Assembly: GCA_963422375.2 (NCBI GenBank) | Contig: OY729428.2 | Location: forward strand, 1,856,001-1,920,000 | Reading direction: 5' to 3' | DNA: 64,000 nt | From: Bryobacterales bacterium | GTDB taxonomy: Bacteria; Acidobacteriota; Terriglobia; Bryobacterales; UBA6623 | In this document: positions 10,647-21,047 of the stretch, in pieces | How the letters are laid out: every line of letters starts with the position of its first letter | Numbering within the stretch: the stretch's first letter is position 1 | The notes under the pieces: model-generated | What the model saw: the letters and a program-made list of their open reading frames with translations, nothing else | The model's database searches: none | What the model was told of the DNA's origin: nothing | Program-made: the position numbers and the translations under genes

Positions 10647-11694
10647 CCTGATTACCAACGAACGTCAGCCGAGGATATGGTATACTGAAGGAGGTCGGAA
10701 ATCTCTGATAGGAAAGGGGCTAGCAGCTGAAACGCAATCGCGTGCAATGCCAGAAGGGACTCAGCCCGGGCAAGTTCCTGCAGCGCTACGGCAGCGAGGG
10801 GCAATGCGAGCAGGCCGTCTTCAACGCCCGCTGGCCGGACGGCTTCCGCTGCCCGGAGTGCGGCTCCCGACGGCACTGCCGCATCCGCTCCCGCAAGCTC
10901 TGGCAGTGCCATGCCTGCCACCGCCGGACCTCCCTCGTCGCCGGCACGATCTTCGCCGCCAGCAAGCTGCCGCTGACCGTCCGGTTGCTGGCGATCCACC
11001 TGCTGACGCAGGGCCAGCACGGCGTTGCGTCGCTGGAACTGGCGCGGCAGCCGGGGGTCAGCCGGAACACGGCTTGGAAGATGAAGCACAAGCTCTTGCA
11101 AGTGATGAAGGAGCGCGACGAGCGCGTGCCGCCGGGCGGCATCGTGCAGGTGGACGATGCCTACTGGGGCGGGGAGCGGAGCGGCGGCCAGCGCGGTCGC
11201 GGCGCGGCGGGCAAGACGCCGTTCGTCGCCGCCGTGCAGGTCACCGCCGTGCAGGTCAGCGCCGCCGGCCAGCCGGCAAGGATGCGCATGAGCAGCGTGG
11301 CGGGCTTGCGCAAGAAGACGCTGGCAGCGTGGGCCGGGCGGCACTTGCAGCCCGGCACGGAGGTGCATGCCGACGGCTTGGCCTGCTTCCGGGGCGTGGC
11401 CGACGCCGGCTGCGAGCACGTGCCGACCGTCACCGGAGGCGGGCAGCGGAGCTGCGCGGATTCCCGCTTCTTCCGGGTCAACACGATGCTGGCGAACGTC
11501 AAGCAGTCCCTGGCGGGAACCTGCCATTCGTTCGACGGCAAGCACCTGCCGCGGTACCTCGCCGAGTTCCGCTACCGCTTCAACCGCCGCTACGATCCGG
11601 AGGTGCTGGTCCCCCGCCTGCTCCACGCCTCCGTGCGCACCCCGCCCATGCCTTACCGCCTCCTAACCTTGGCTGAGTCTTGTGGGTAATCAGG
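10647..11694 (+). mobile_element. IS1595-family element (CCTGATT-ended group), 1048 bp, inserted in the C5-MTase gene
   Basis: Imperfect terminal IRs CCTGATTACCAACGAACGTCAGCCGAGG / CCTGATTACCCACAAGACTCAGCCAAGG; 8-bp TSD TATGGCTA at 10639-10646 and 11695-11702. Confidence 0.95.
10727..11689 (+). pseudogene. IS1595-family transposase, degenerate copy
   Basis: Zn-ribbon CPEC…CHAC, VQVDDAYWGG, RYLAEF; relative to the copy at 59771-60718 the start ATG is CTG, there is a 15-bp duplication (AVQVT-AVQVS) and several L>P, W>R, Q>R changes. Confidence 0.85.
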
Positions 11695-12160
11695 TATGGC
11701 TAAATTATATCAAATTCTCTGGTCGAGAACTTCGCCATCATCTCTTCAAGAATCACTCGGTTCCTGCCAACTGTAAGTCCCTTTACATTCTCGAAGACAA
11801 ACGTACGGACGTCCAATTCGACGATGATCCTGACAAAGTCGTTTACCAAGAGATTCCGTGAATCTTCTAGTGTCCGTTGGCCGATTAGCGAGAATCCTTG
11901 GTACGGAGGGCCGCCGAATACACAATCTGCTGTACGGTTCCCAATTCCCGAGAGATATCTGATGATGGCGCCGGAAAGGTCTTCGACAGGTCGAGCTATC
12001 ATTGAGGTCGCGGGAAAATTGAACTTGTGGGTAGCACAGCGTACAGGGTCTACCCCGACCGCGGCGGCTATATCGAAGCCTGCCTGCTCAAACCCTAGAG
12101 CCAAGCCACCCGCACCCGCGAAGAGGTCAATGCCAAGTGGACGGACAGTGCGAACGTCTA
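11695..12160 (-). pseudogene. DNA (cytosine-5) methyltransferase pseudogene, N-terminal part
   Basis: Motif I IDLFAGAGG, motif IV GGPPYQGFS (catalytic Cys replaced by Tyr), motif VI FVFENVKG; TAG at 11700-11702; start codon not identifiable. Confidence 0.87.
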
Positions 12161-12598
12161 AATTCGCAGGATGGGGATCGATTAGGGAATTATATATCTG
12201 AGTGCCGACAACGCCATATCCGACTAGAACTGCTGTGAGCAGGGAGGTGGGTGTCGAGCTGGGGTCATGCGAGTGCGGCCGCGGGCGGGCACAGAGGGGT
12301 GGGGTGTGGGATCGTATCTGAATCGAGCCTGCCAGCGGATTGGACGAGGAAGGGACTAGAGAGGCCGCCTCGCATGCCCCGGTGGAACCCGGTTGGCGGT
12401 GGCAGGGCACGCCTTGCAAGCCGCTTGCAGGCCCTGCGAGGGCCGAAGACAGCGGATCCCCGGCGCTCGACGGCCTGCATGGACGGTCCGGACCGGACCG
12501 GGGTCGCGCCGGGGCATGCCGGATCCGGTGCGACCCTCGTACCGAGCGTGAAGCGCGCGCCCGCAGCGGGCTGCCGCGCTCGGCGCGGCGGGCGCCGC

Positions 12599-13550
12599 TC
12601 AGGCCGCGACCGCGGCCTGGCCGGTCAGCTGCCGGCAGGTCAGCGTCCGGCCGACCAAGCCCCGCGCCATGCGCCGCATCCGTTCCGCCGTGTCGCAGTC
12701 GCGGTCGTTGCGCCGTCCCGCGAACTCCGTGAGGTAGCGGCCGAGATGACGGACGCTCATCCGGTGATAGGTGCCGTACAGGCCGCGCTTGAACAGGGAC
12801 CCAAACGACTCGATGCCGTTCGTATGCGCTGCCCCGCGCACGTACTCGCCGCCGGAGTGCCTGACGGCTTCGTGCGCGAACTCCGCCATGCCGGCGCAGG
12901 CCGCCGCCTCGTCGGAGCGGAGCTGCGCCCCCGGCGCGGGCGCGCACGAAGCCCTGCAGGTCGCCCTTGGCGGTGCCCGGCAGCGGCCGCGCGGCCACTG
13001 CGTTCGTGGCGCGGTCGCGCGCCCCCGCCACGGGCGTCTTGCCGACGGGCCCGCGCCCGGCGCGGGCCTTCTTCCTCTCGTGCTGGTTGCGTTCCTTGCC
13101 GCCGACGCAGGTCTCGTCCACCTCCACCGGGCCGGCGAACAGGCCCCGATGCCGCTCCCGGCACGCGCGGATGCGGTGCGCCAGGTGCCAGGCCGACTTC
13201 CGGCTGACGCCCGGGTCGCGGTGCAGCTTCATGCTCGAGACGCCCTTGATGCCGGTGGTCAGCAGGAACAGGGCGACGGCCCGGGTGCGGTAGCCGAGCT
13301 CGGTGTCGGCCATCACGCTGCCGGTGCGCACCGAAAAGCGCTTGCCGCAGCCGCGGCAACGGTACGGCATCGAAGGGTGGGCCGCGTCGGACTGCACGCT
13401 GGAGCCGCGGCAGCGGGGGCACGCAGGACCGTCCGGCCAGCGCATGGATGCGAACCACTTTTCCGCGGATTCGTCATCGGGGAACATGGCGATCACTTCG
13501 ATCATTGTGATGCCTTTACGGAACCACTTTCCGGGACCTTGTTTCTTCAT
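12599..13550 (-). pseudogene. IS1595-family transposase, frameshifted
   Basis: CPRC…CRGC Zn ribbon, VEVDETCVGG, HTNGIESF, RYLTEF; frameshift near 12935 by comparison with the copy at 30156. Confidence 0.88.
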
Positions 13551-13573
13551 TTACGGTATCCCCTACTGGAACT

Positions 13574-13603
13574 ATTCTACCAAGAAACACCACAGAATGT
13601 CAA
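13574..13603 (-). promoter_or_regulatory. Sigma70-type promoter of the IS transposase (TTGACA-18 bp-TAGAAT)
   Basis: Consensus -35 and near-consensus TG-extended -10 just upstream of the ATG at 13550; hexamers conserved in the related copies at 30103 and 61110. Confidence 0.7.
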
Positions 13604-14080
13604 CGGAAATTCGGAAGAAATATGAAATCTTATTATGGCTTGATAATTTTGCCGACTTGATTCCCTCGGCACTCAGATATATAATTCCCATCGATTACGG
13701 GTAAGTTCTTTTCGCAGAGGGCTGCGGGTGCCTGGTCAACGGGACGGGGACCGACCACAGGCGGAGCAGATTGATTCGACAGGCCGCCCGCTCCGTGGAA
13801 TCTCTCGGTCCGTCGGGACCACTCGGAATTGCGCAGAGGGTCTGCTGACTGTGTCTCGCTTGGTCTTGCTTGCGGGGCCCTGGGCGGGTGTTCGATCTGC
13901 TCAGATTGCGAACGCATTGAGAATCTATACCACGAGCATCGCAACTGCGAGGGGCATCGGCAACCTCTTGCCCATCAGGGAGTGATGAATCAGCTGAGAG
14001 TCTTGCGGGCCGACTCTGCAATTCCAAGTGATCCTTGGTGAGTCGGACCATTCCGGTTTCAGACACTAGATATACCCCAT

Positions 14081-14175
14081 CAACCGCCACTACGACCTGA
14101 AGGCGCGCAGGCCGCGCACTGCGGGCGGCTGCGGCAACGCTGCAGATCCTGTACCCCCTGTTGACCGCCGCGCCG
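14081..14175 (+). pseudogene. Possible highly eroded C-terminal fragment of an IS1595 transposase
   Basis: CAACCGCCACTACGACCTG (NRHYDL) resembles CAACCGCCGCTACGATCTG (NRRYDL) of the in-window transposase, followed by a YPLLT similar to YRLLT. Confidence 0.3.
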
Positions 14176-14460
14176 TCCTGCGGGCGGGCGCGCGCGAGCC
14201 ACCCCGGGCGGGGCCGGGGCCTGCCCGGCAGCGCAGGATCGACAGACGGACCGGTCCCGCGGCCCCCTCGCCGACGATGGCTCGAATTCCGTTGGAACGG
14301 ACGTGCCGGGCAACCGCATGTCGGCCTGCTAGGAGCACCTCCCGCCCTCTAAAGGCACGCCTGCTGCCGCCCGTGGCATTCCGAGCCGCGGTTTGGCGCA
14401 GGTGATTCAAGCTCGAAATGAGTCGCCCGTCCATCCGGATTGGAATACGATGGGGCTGCT

Positions 14461-16689
14461 ATGCGACCGAGCGTGCGGCGGATTCTGCCTTGGAGACTCT
14501 TGAGCTCCGTGCTTCTTCCTGCCGGTATCGTCTTCGCGATGCCGCTGGAGTGCGATTTCACCGACTATCGCCCGAGCGGAGGCCTGCGCGCCGAGGCCGT
14601 GGACGGGGACTTGCTCCTCGAGTGGGTCGGGGCCCCGCCTCGCGGTGTCGCGACGCCGGCGCCGGGCATGAGTCTGCGGGCGACCCTCGGTCTCGACGGC
14701 GGAGAGCCGGTCATCCGGCAGATGGCGGCCTTGTCAAGGGCGGGGCATTGGGCGCCGCTCGTGCGGGACGCCCGCCCGGACTTTCACGTCGTGGAAGGCG
14801 TCCGCCGCATCTCGAACCAGCAGATCAATCCGATGCGCGACTTGGGCCGGGAGGCGACGCCCGAATTGGTCGAGGCCGAGAAGTGGAAGGTCTTCTGGGA
14901 CGCTCCCCTCGTCCTACCCGGGCTCGCTGGTGTGAATCCCGGCTTGCCACGTGACCCGGGCGAGATCATGCGCAGCGATGTCGAGTACGACATCAACGCC
15001 TGCAACGTCCGCCGCGTAGGTGCCCGCTTGGAGGTCTCGTTTGAATCGCTGAGGCTGGGGTCGTTTGAGGGCCTGCTGCGGTTCACGGTGTACCCAGGGT
15101 CAAGCCTCGTGCGCCAGGAGGTGATCGCGGCGACATTCAAGCCCTCGGTCGCCTACGTCTATCGAGCTGGCCTGAGCGGACTCAGAAGCGACGACTACCA
15201 GCGAATGCGCTGGCGGGACGTGGCTAGGGACTGGCAGCAGTACCGCTTCGGGGGAGGCGCGAACGACGGTCCCGTGCCTCTGCGAGCCCGCAATCGGGTC
15301 CTGCTGCTCGAACAGGAGCGCGGGGTTCTCGCAGTCTTCCCGCCGTCCCACAAGTTCTTCTTCGCCCGCGAGATCGAGATGAACCTCGGATACGTGTGGT
15401 ACCGGCAGGGGGGCGACGGCCGGTTCGCGGTGGGCGTTCGCCAGGCCGAGCGCGAGGGAATGTACCGCCCGTGGGGCGCTTCGGATGAAATCTGGGAGAA
15501 GCGCGCGCGGCAGTCGCGCCGTTTCGCGCAAGGCAATTTCGCCCTCTTCAACGCGCCGCCGGGCACTCGGCAGCGCATGGCTGTCTACTACTACCTTGGT
15601 TCGGAGGGCGCGCAATCGACATTGGATAGTGTCTTGGAATTCACTAACGGCGACAAGTTCAGGCCGCTCGACGGATACCAGGTGGCGGTCAGCCACTTCC
15701 ACACTCATTTCGCCGAGCAGCTGATCGACACGGGTTCCTTGGACGCCCGTCCGCCGTGGGTCTCGGCGCTCCGAGGCCTCGGAATCAACATCGCCATGAT
15801 GTCGGACTTCCACGGCGACGGCCATCCCAACGACGCGGGGGACCTCCGTTTCCGGGAACTCGGAGAGTACTTCGAGGCCTGTCGAAGGCACTCTGACGAG
15901 GGCTTCCTGCTGATGCCGGGCGAGGAGCCGAACGTCCATTTGGGCGGACACTATACGCTGGTCTTCCCGAAGCCGGTCTACTGGTCGAAGGTTCGCGCGG
16001 CAGACGCCGCTTTCCGCGGCAGTCATCCGTCCTACGGCCGGGTCTTCCGGGTCGGTTCGGCCGAGGAGATGCTCGCGATGGTCGAATCGGAACGGGGATT
16101 GCTCTGGCAGGCACACCCGCGGACCAAGGGCTCGACGTCCTGGCGATCTCTCGCAGGCGCGGATCTGCGAGGAGCGATGCCTTGGAATTCTCGACGACAT
16201 GAACAACTGGGCCGGGCCCAAGTACATGATCGCCGAGGGCAATACCTATACCAAGTACCCGGAGGACGAGATCTACCCGCACCTCATCGTCAACTACGTG
16301 CGGCTGGACTCTGTGCCGCGCTTCGACGACGACTGGAGTCCGATCACGGAGGCGATGCGGAGGGGCGATTTCTTCGTGGCGACGGGAGAGGTCCTCATCC
16401 CTTCGTTTCGGGTCGACGGTCACGAGGCGCGCAAGATGCTGGAAGCGGAAGTGGAATGGACGTTCCCCCTGGAATTCGTCGAGATCGCGAGATCGTATGG
16501 GGCGACGGCAACTCCACGGGGCGGCAGATCCTGCCGACTCCCGAGCTCGGAACGTTCGGAAGCAAGACGTTTCGCATGGACTTTAATGCGACCGGAAGGA
16601 AGTGGGTGCGCTTCGCGGCTTGGGACTCGGCCGGAAACGGCGCGTTTACTCAGCCCGTCCACTTCGACGCGGCTGCTGTCGGACGATGA
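14461..16689 (+). pseudogene. Secreted PHP-like metal-binding domain protein, probably disrupted by two compensating frameshifts
   Basis: HFHTH, DFHGDGH, GEEPN, GGHY, AHPRTK motifs; protein-like sequence moves to another frame from ~16138 (…CLGILDDMNNWAGPKY…) and returns at an 8-bp duplication at 16480-16495. Confidence 0.65.
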
Positions 16690-16709
16690 GTCTCATACGA
16701 TAGGAATTC

Positions 16710-17441
16710 ATGTCCGTCCCGCACCTCTCCACGGATGAGCTCGCCAAGCTCCGTCGCTACGACACGCCGACTATCTGCAACGTGATCGAACTTTTCGCGG
16801 TGCGCCCGCAAACCGACGGTTACATGGACGCGCGCATCCGCTCGTGCTTCCCCGAGATGGGACCGGTGTGCGGCTATGCCGCCACGGCGACCTTCCGGTC
16901 GGCGCTTGCACCGAAGGGGCCCGCGGCCTACGGCAGCCTGTCGGACCAGGTAGCCCGCTTCAGCGAGATTCCCGGCCCCCCGTTCGTAGTGATCCAGGAC
17001 TTGGACGTGCCGACGCAAGCGGCCACGTTCGGCGAAGTGATGGCCGCGACATACAAGGCCTTCGGCGTGGCCGGACTCATCACGAGCGGCGCGGCGCGCG
17101 ACCTCGACCAAGTCCGCTCTGTGGGCCTGCCGTGTTTCGCGGACGGCGTGATCTGCTCGCACGGCTATCCCCGCCTGATCGAGTTTCTGGTCCCGGTTCA
17201 CGTCGGCGGGCTGGCGGTCTACGCGGGCGACTTCCTGCATGCCGACCAGAACGGGGTGACGAGCATCCCGGGCGAGATCCTCGGCGAAGCTGCCGATGTC
17301 TGCGAGGAGTTCTGCGCTGCCGAAGCCGCCGTGCTGGACTATTGCGCCGCAGGCAGCGTCACCAAGGCCGGTTATGCGGCGGCCCTTAAGGAACTCGGGG
17401 CAACAATCCGGGCGCTCAAGGCCCGGTTGCGCCGGTCCTAG
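16710..17441 (+). CDS. RraA/HMG-aldolase family protein
   Basis: DTPTICN, GYAATA, ATFGEVMA, GAARDL, GDFLHADQNGV. Confidence 0.88.
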   Translation: MSVPHLSTDELAKLRRYDTPTICNVIELFAVRPQTDGYMDARIRSCFPEMGPVCGYAATATFRSALAPKGPAAYGSLSDQVARFSEIPGPPFVVIQDLDVPTQAATFGEVMAATYKAFGVAGLITSGAARDLDQVRSVGLPCFADGVICSHGYPRLIEFLVPVHVGGLAVYAGDFLHADQNGVTSIPGEILGEAADVCEEFCAAEAAVLDYCAAGSVTKAGYAAALKELGATIRALKARLRRS

Positions 17442-17474
17442 CGCCGCTGCCCGGCTGAGCCCTCGCGTGGCATC

Positions 17475-20033
17475 CTATGCGGGGGACGCTGCTTGGCCCT
17501 TCAGTTCGGTGACGTCGCCGGACGATCTGTCGATCACGCGCACGGTGTACGAGCCGGCCTCGCGAACCGTGGGCGTGAACTCGCTGCCCCGGATGCGCAG
17601 GGTGTAGACCACTTCGCCGTCGGACTCGGCGATGACCTGGACCACCGGATCCTCGGTGTCTCCGGCGTTGATCGCGGGGAGCGCGAACTCGGTCGGAAGT
17701 CCGTTCTGCTCCTGCTTGATCCGGATGGGCCATCCCGGATAGGGATTGGCGTCCGGGTCGGACGCGTCGACCCAGCGAGGCCAGTTGGCGAATTCGATCG
17801 CTCGCTCCGAGCGGTCGAACTTGATGATCCCGTAGCCGGGCGCGCGCTGGAACAGCGCGGTCGGCTCGATGCCGTTCGCCTCCGGGTTGGAGACCGCGTG
17901 GATCGTGACCCGGTTTCCGAAGCCGTCGCGATACTCCCCCGTGTTGCGCGGCGCGCCGGGCTTCCGGTTGCGACCCGGCTCGGCCGGGAACCAGCGCCTC
18001 GGGAAGATGTTCGCCACGGACGGCACGCAGATCGCCCAGCTGGCGTCGTCCCACTGGTCGACTCCGTATTGGACGGTGCTTCCAAGGTGCTGGTCCCCCG
18101 CGATGTGGACCGCCAGCGCCTTACGGAGCAGCCGCACGGCGCGGTTCCGTCCCGATTGTGGCCAGCCGTTCGAGTCGTGATCCTGCACCGGCTCCTCGCC
18201 GGGCGCATACTCGCCGGGCGCGTTGACGCGCAGCTGCCCGGTCACCGCATCGGTGGTCGTGTCTTTCGGAAGCGTGGCGACGTTGGCGAAGATCGTCTGG
18301 GAGATCACCGCCTTCATCGAGGCCCCGTCCCAGTCCTGCGCCCATGCTTCGAGGAACTCTTCCTGGCGGTCGCCCAGCAGGGGGAAGGCGGGGTTGTCCG
18401 AACGCCTACGGGCGTCGTAGCGCGGGTCGTCCGCCCAGCCGTTGACGATCCCGGAATCCGGGAGCAGTGCCGTCGCCGAGTCCTTCCACTTGCGGTCCTC
18501 GATGATCGCGAAGCTGATCCCGCCGTACAGCAGGTGCGTGTAGTAGACCGCGATGCCTTGGTCCACCGGTGTCGGGTCGTAGGGGTCGGGCATGTTGGCG
18601 GTCTGAGTAGTCTGCACGGCATGCACGAAGCGCGGATCCATGACGTAGCCGCCCTGGTCTTGGCCGGGCTTGCCGTATCCGTGAGCCTTGCGGCCTCCTG
18701 CGCCCCAGATATTGCCTTGGTAGACGTCGTGGTCATCGGGCAGGGCCACCGCCGGAATCTCGCGCAGGAGTTCGCCGTACTCCCAGCCGAAGATGTACCA
18801 CTTGCGCAGGTAGTCGAGAATCGCCAGATCGGTCGGTTCACGGACGATGCCGTACTCGCCCACGCGCTCGTACACGTTGTCGCCCGTGAATGCCATCAGG
18901 TCGGGCCTGTGGAACTGCATGTTGCGCACGACATCGGCGTGGGGGAAGCCGAGGTCGTTGTTGCCCGTGAACGCCGCGACGACGACTTCGTCCTTGTCGG
19001 TCGGGTTCCTGCGGATGACGCCCTCCCACGTGTCGTCCTCGTAGACCACGCGGTAAGGCGTGTCGACGCTGTCGTCCCATTCGGGCACGCGGAAGGTGAC
19101 TGTCCTGGCTTCGGGATCCAGCTCGGCCCTCGCCACCTCGCGCCACTGGCCGTGCAGCACCTCGAGCGAGGCCGCCCGCGGGCCGTTCCCGACCGGAGCG
19201 ATCAGCGCGTTGAGCTTGAGGACTCGCTCGCTTAGCGTGTGCATGGCGAACATGATCGGCCCGTAGGCCCGCTCGGGATGCGCGGTCACCTTGCTTCCGG
19301 AAACCTGCCAGTCCCGGAACCAGATCCGCATGTTCCCGCCTCGTGCCGTGCCCGGCTTGAGGCGCCACCCAGCCTCGCGGACCTGCCGCTCGCCCGGAGG
19401 GGAGTCCCGCACCGGGCCGGCGCTGGAGACCAGTGCCAGGCCGCCGACCAGCCAGCCGGCGTCCACTTCCTTGGAAACCGCCTGGCCGCCTGCGTCCGTC
19501 TCGGCGCGCAGCGTCAGGGAGTAGCGCTCGCCCCGCGGCTCGGCGGTCAGCGTCAGACGGGTCTCGCCCTGTAGCGCTCCGGCCGCGACCGCCGCCGACT
19601 CGGAGAGCGATCCGATAAACAGGCGTCCGTCCGACGCGAGGCCGCAATTCAGGCCAACGCCGCGAACGGCGCTGTCCCGGTAGTCATCGAACGAACCGCG
19701 GATGCCGACCCTGAATCCGGTCCAGCCTTCGTCCAATGGCGTCTCGCCTCCATCGAGCCGCCCGAGGACGACGGACATGGCAAGCGAGCCGGCGTGGGGA
19801 CCGGCCTCACGGGTGAGCAGGAAGACATTCCTGTCACCGCCCGAGCCGAAGTTCTCGATCCGCCCGTTGCTGACGCGCCAGTCTTGGAGGGGGTTGGACC
19901 AGTAGTCCGAGCCCGCCCACGGACGCTCGACGCTTGGGTCCCAATGGCTCTCGAAGGAGCTCTGCGCCGAGCAGCCGAGCAGCGCCATGCAGGCGACAGC
20001 GCAAACCGGCAGGCTGCGCGGGGAGGTATGCAT
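17475..20033 (-). CDS. Alkaline phosphatase D (PhoD) family metallophosphatase, probable lipoprotein
   Basis: Lipobox-like LLGC; FTGDNVYE, PDDHDV, DSNGWP, GDQH motifs. Confidence 0.82.
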   Translation of the reverse strand: MHTSPRSLPVCAVACMALLGCSAQSSFESHWDPSVERPWAGSDYWSNPLQDWRVSNGRIENFGSGGDRNVFLLTREAGPHAGSLAMSVVLGRLDGGETPLDEGWTGFRVGIRGSFDDYRDSAVRGVGLNCGLASDGRLFIGSLSESAAVAAGALQGETRLTLTAEPRGERYSLTLRAETDAGGQAVSKEVDAGWLVGGLALVSSAGPVRDSPPGERQVREAGWRLKPGTARGGNMRIWFRDWQVSGSKVTAHPERAYGPIMFAMHTLSERVLKLNALIAPVGNGPRAASLEVLHGQWREVARAELDPEARTVTFRVPEWDDSVDTPYRVVYEDDTWEGVIRRNPTDKDEVVVAAFTGNNDLGFPHADVVRNMQFHRPDLMAFTGDNVYERVGEYGIVREPTDLAILDYLRKWYIFGWEYGELLREIPAVALPDDHDVYQGNIWGAGGRKAHGYGKPGQDQGGYVMDPRFVHAVQTTQTANMPDPYDPTPVDQGIAVYYTHLLYGGISFAIIEDRKWKDSATALLPDSGIVNGWADDPRYDARRRSDNPAFPLLGDRQEEFLEAWAQDWDGASMKAVISQTIFANVATLPKDTTTDAVTGQLRVNAPGEYAPGEEPVQDHDSNGWPQSGRNRAVRLLRKALAVHIAGDQHLGSTVQYGVDQWDDASWAICVPSVANIFPRRWFPAEPGRNRKPGAPRNTGEYRDGFGNRVTIHAVSNPEANGIEPTALFQRAPGYGIIKFDRSERAIEFANWPRWVDASDPDANPYPGWPIRIKQEQNGLPTEFALPAINAGDTEDPVVQVIAESDGEVVYTLRIRGSEFTPTVREAGSYTVRVIDRSSGDVTELKGQAASPA

Positions 20034-20486
20034 AATAGATCAAGATATCAGTCGCGCGCCAAGTACCGCAGCCGGTCCCGAACTCCTGCCGGGGGGCGGG
20101 TCGGCTCAGCGAATGCCCACCCGCTGCCGCGGCCTGCCCAGGAGGTCGCGCCCGACCCGAGTCCGCGGGCGAAACCGAGAGCCCACGCCGGCAGATCCGT
20201 TGGCTCGGTGCGGTTTGACCAGGTACCTCGGCGCTGGCGGATCGTCCCGGCCGGGGAGCGAATTCGCACCGCCGGTGCTTCGCGCCGGCCCTTCTCGCTG
20301 TGGCGGCCGGTGTCGATGGCTGCGTCCGGCGTGTCGGGTGCCTCGGCGAGGCGGACCCGCATTCCTAATTGTGCAGCGTCGCATCGGCCCGGGGCCGGGC
20401 CTCGCCGGCCAGGGTCCGCCCGCGGGTTGCAGGCCGTTCGCGCCTACCGACGTCGGTGATGGAGTGGAGGGGAGGCTGAGACAAGC

Positions 20487-20940
20487 ATGCTGCTTGGAGG
20501 ACGGCGCGCGGCCATTGTTTCCGTTGCGCCCGCTTCGGCTGAACAGCCGCGGTCTCACGCCCTGCACGACGTGATCGATCATGCTGCCATCGACAGGCTG
20601 GTCGGCCTAGTGGAGTCCGGGCACGACGCGAAGGAGCTGGGCGTGCGTGGCCGGACCCCGTTGAATCACGCGGCTGCGACGAGCAGGGACGCGGGCTACC
20701 TTGACGAGTCGGAGCTACTCCGGCTCGGAGCCGACCCTTTTGCTCGAATGCCACGGCGCGGCGATCGATCCGCGCGTCAAGCGGACGCTGATGATCGTCG
20801 GCAACGTCGGCAAGGCTATGCGCGAGGAATTAGGCGTAGCATGGATCAGCGAGACAAGGTCGCTCTTGTCGGATTCAATATGCGCAAGATGCGCGATACT
20901 CGGGACTTGGAGCCGAGCTTGGCGACGACTGCATCCGTGA
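20487..20940 (+). pseudogene. Possible eroded ankyrin-repeat protein gene
   Basis: ALHDVI…GRTPLNHAA…LLRLGADP resembles the ankyrin consensus; RBS-like GGAGG upstream; the frame degenerates afterwards. Confidence 0.35.
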
Positions 20941-21047
20941 CCCTGTCTTGCCGTATTCCAGCAGCTATCTTCGCTGCAGGAAGAGTGGCGAGTGCTCGAC
21001 TGGACCGGCCTGAATCCCTTCACTCGAGAGGTTCCGCCGCCGGTCGA

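Larger units (their letters stand above)
12185..13689 (-). mobile_element. IS1595-family element (GGGAATTAT-ended, ISNwi1-like group), 1505 bp
   Basis: Perfect 24-bp IRs GGGAATTATATATCTGAGTGCCGA; 8-bp TSD ATCGATTA at 12177-12184 and 13690-13697. Confidence 0.95.

Noticed and set aside
11700..13550. 616-aa ORF fusing a transposase N-terminus to a C5-methyltransferase N-terminus
   Set aside because: Accidental: it depends on a frameshift, runs through the IS non-coding tail and IR, and the MTase part lacks its catalytic Cys and C-terminal half
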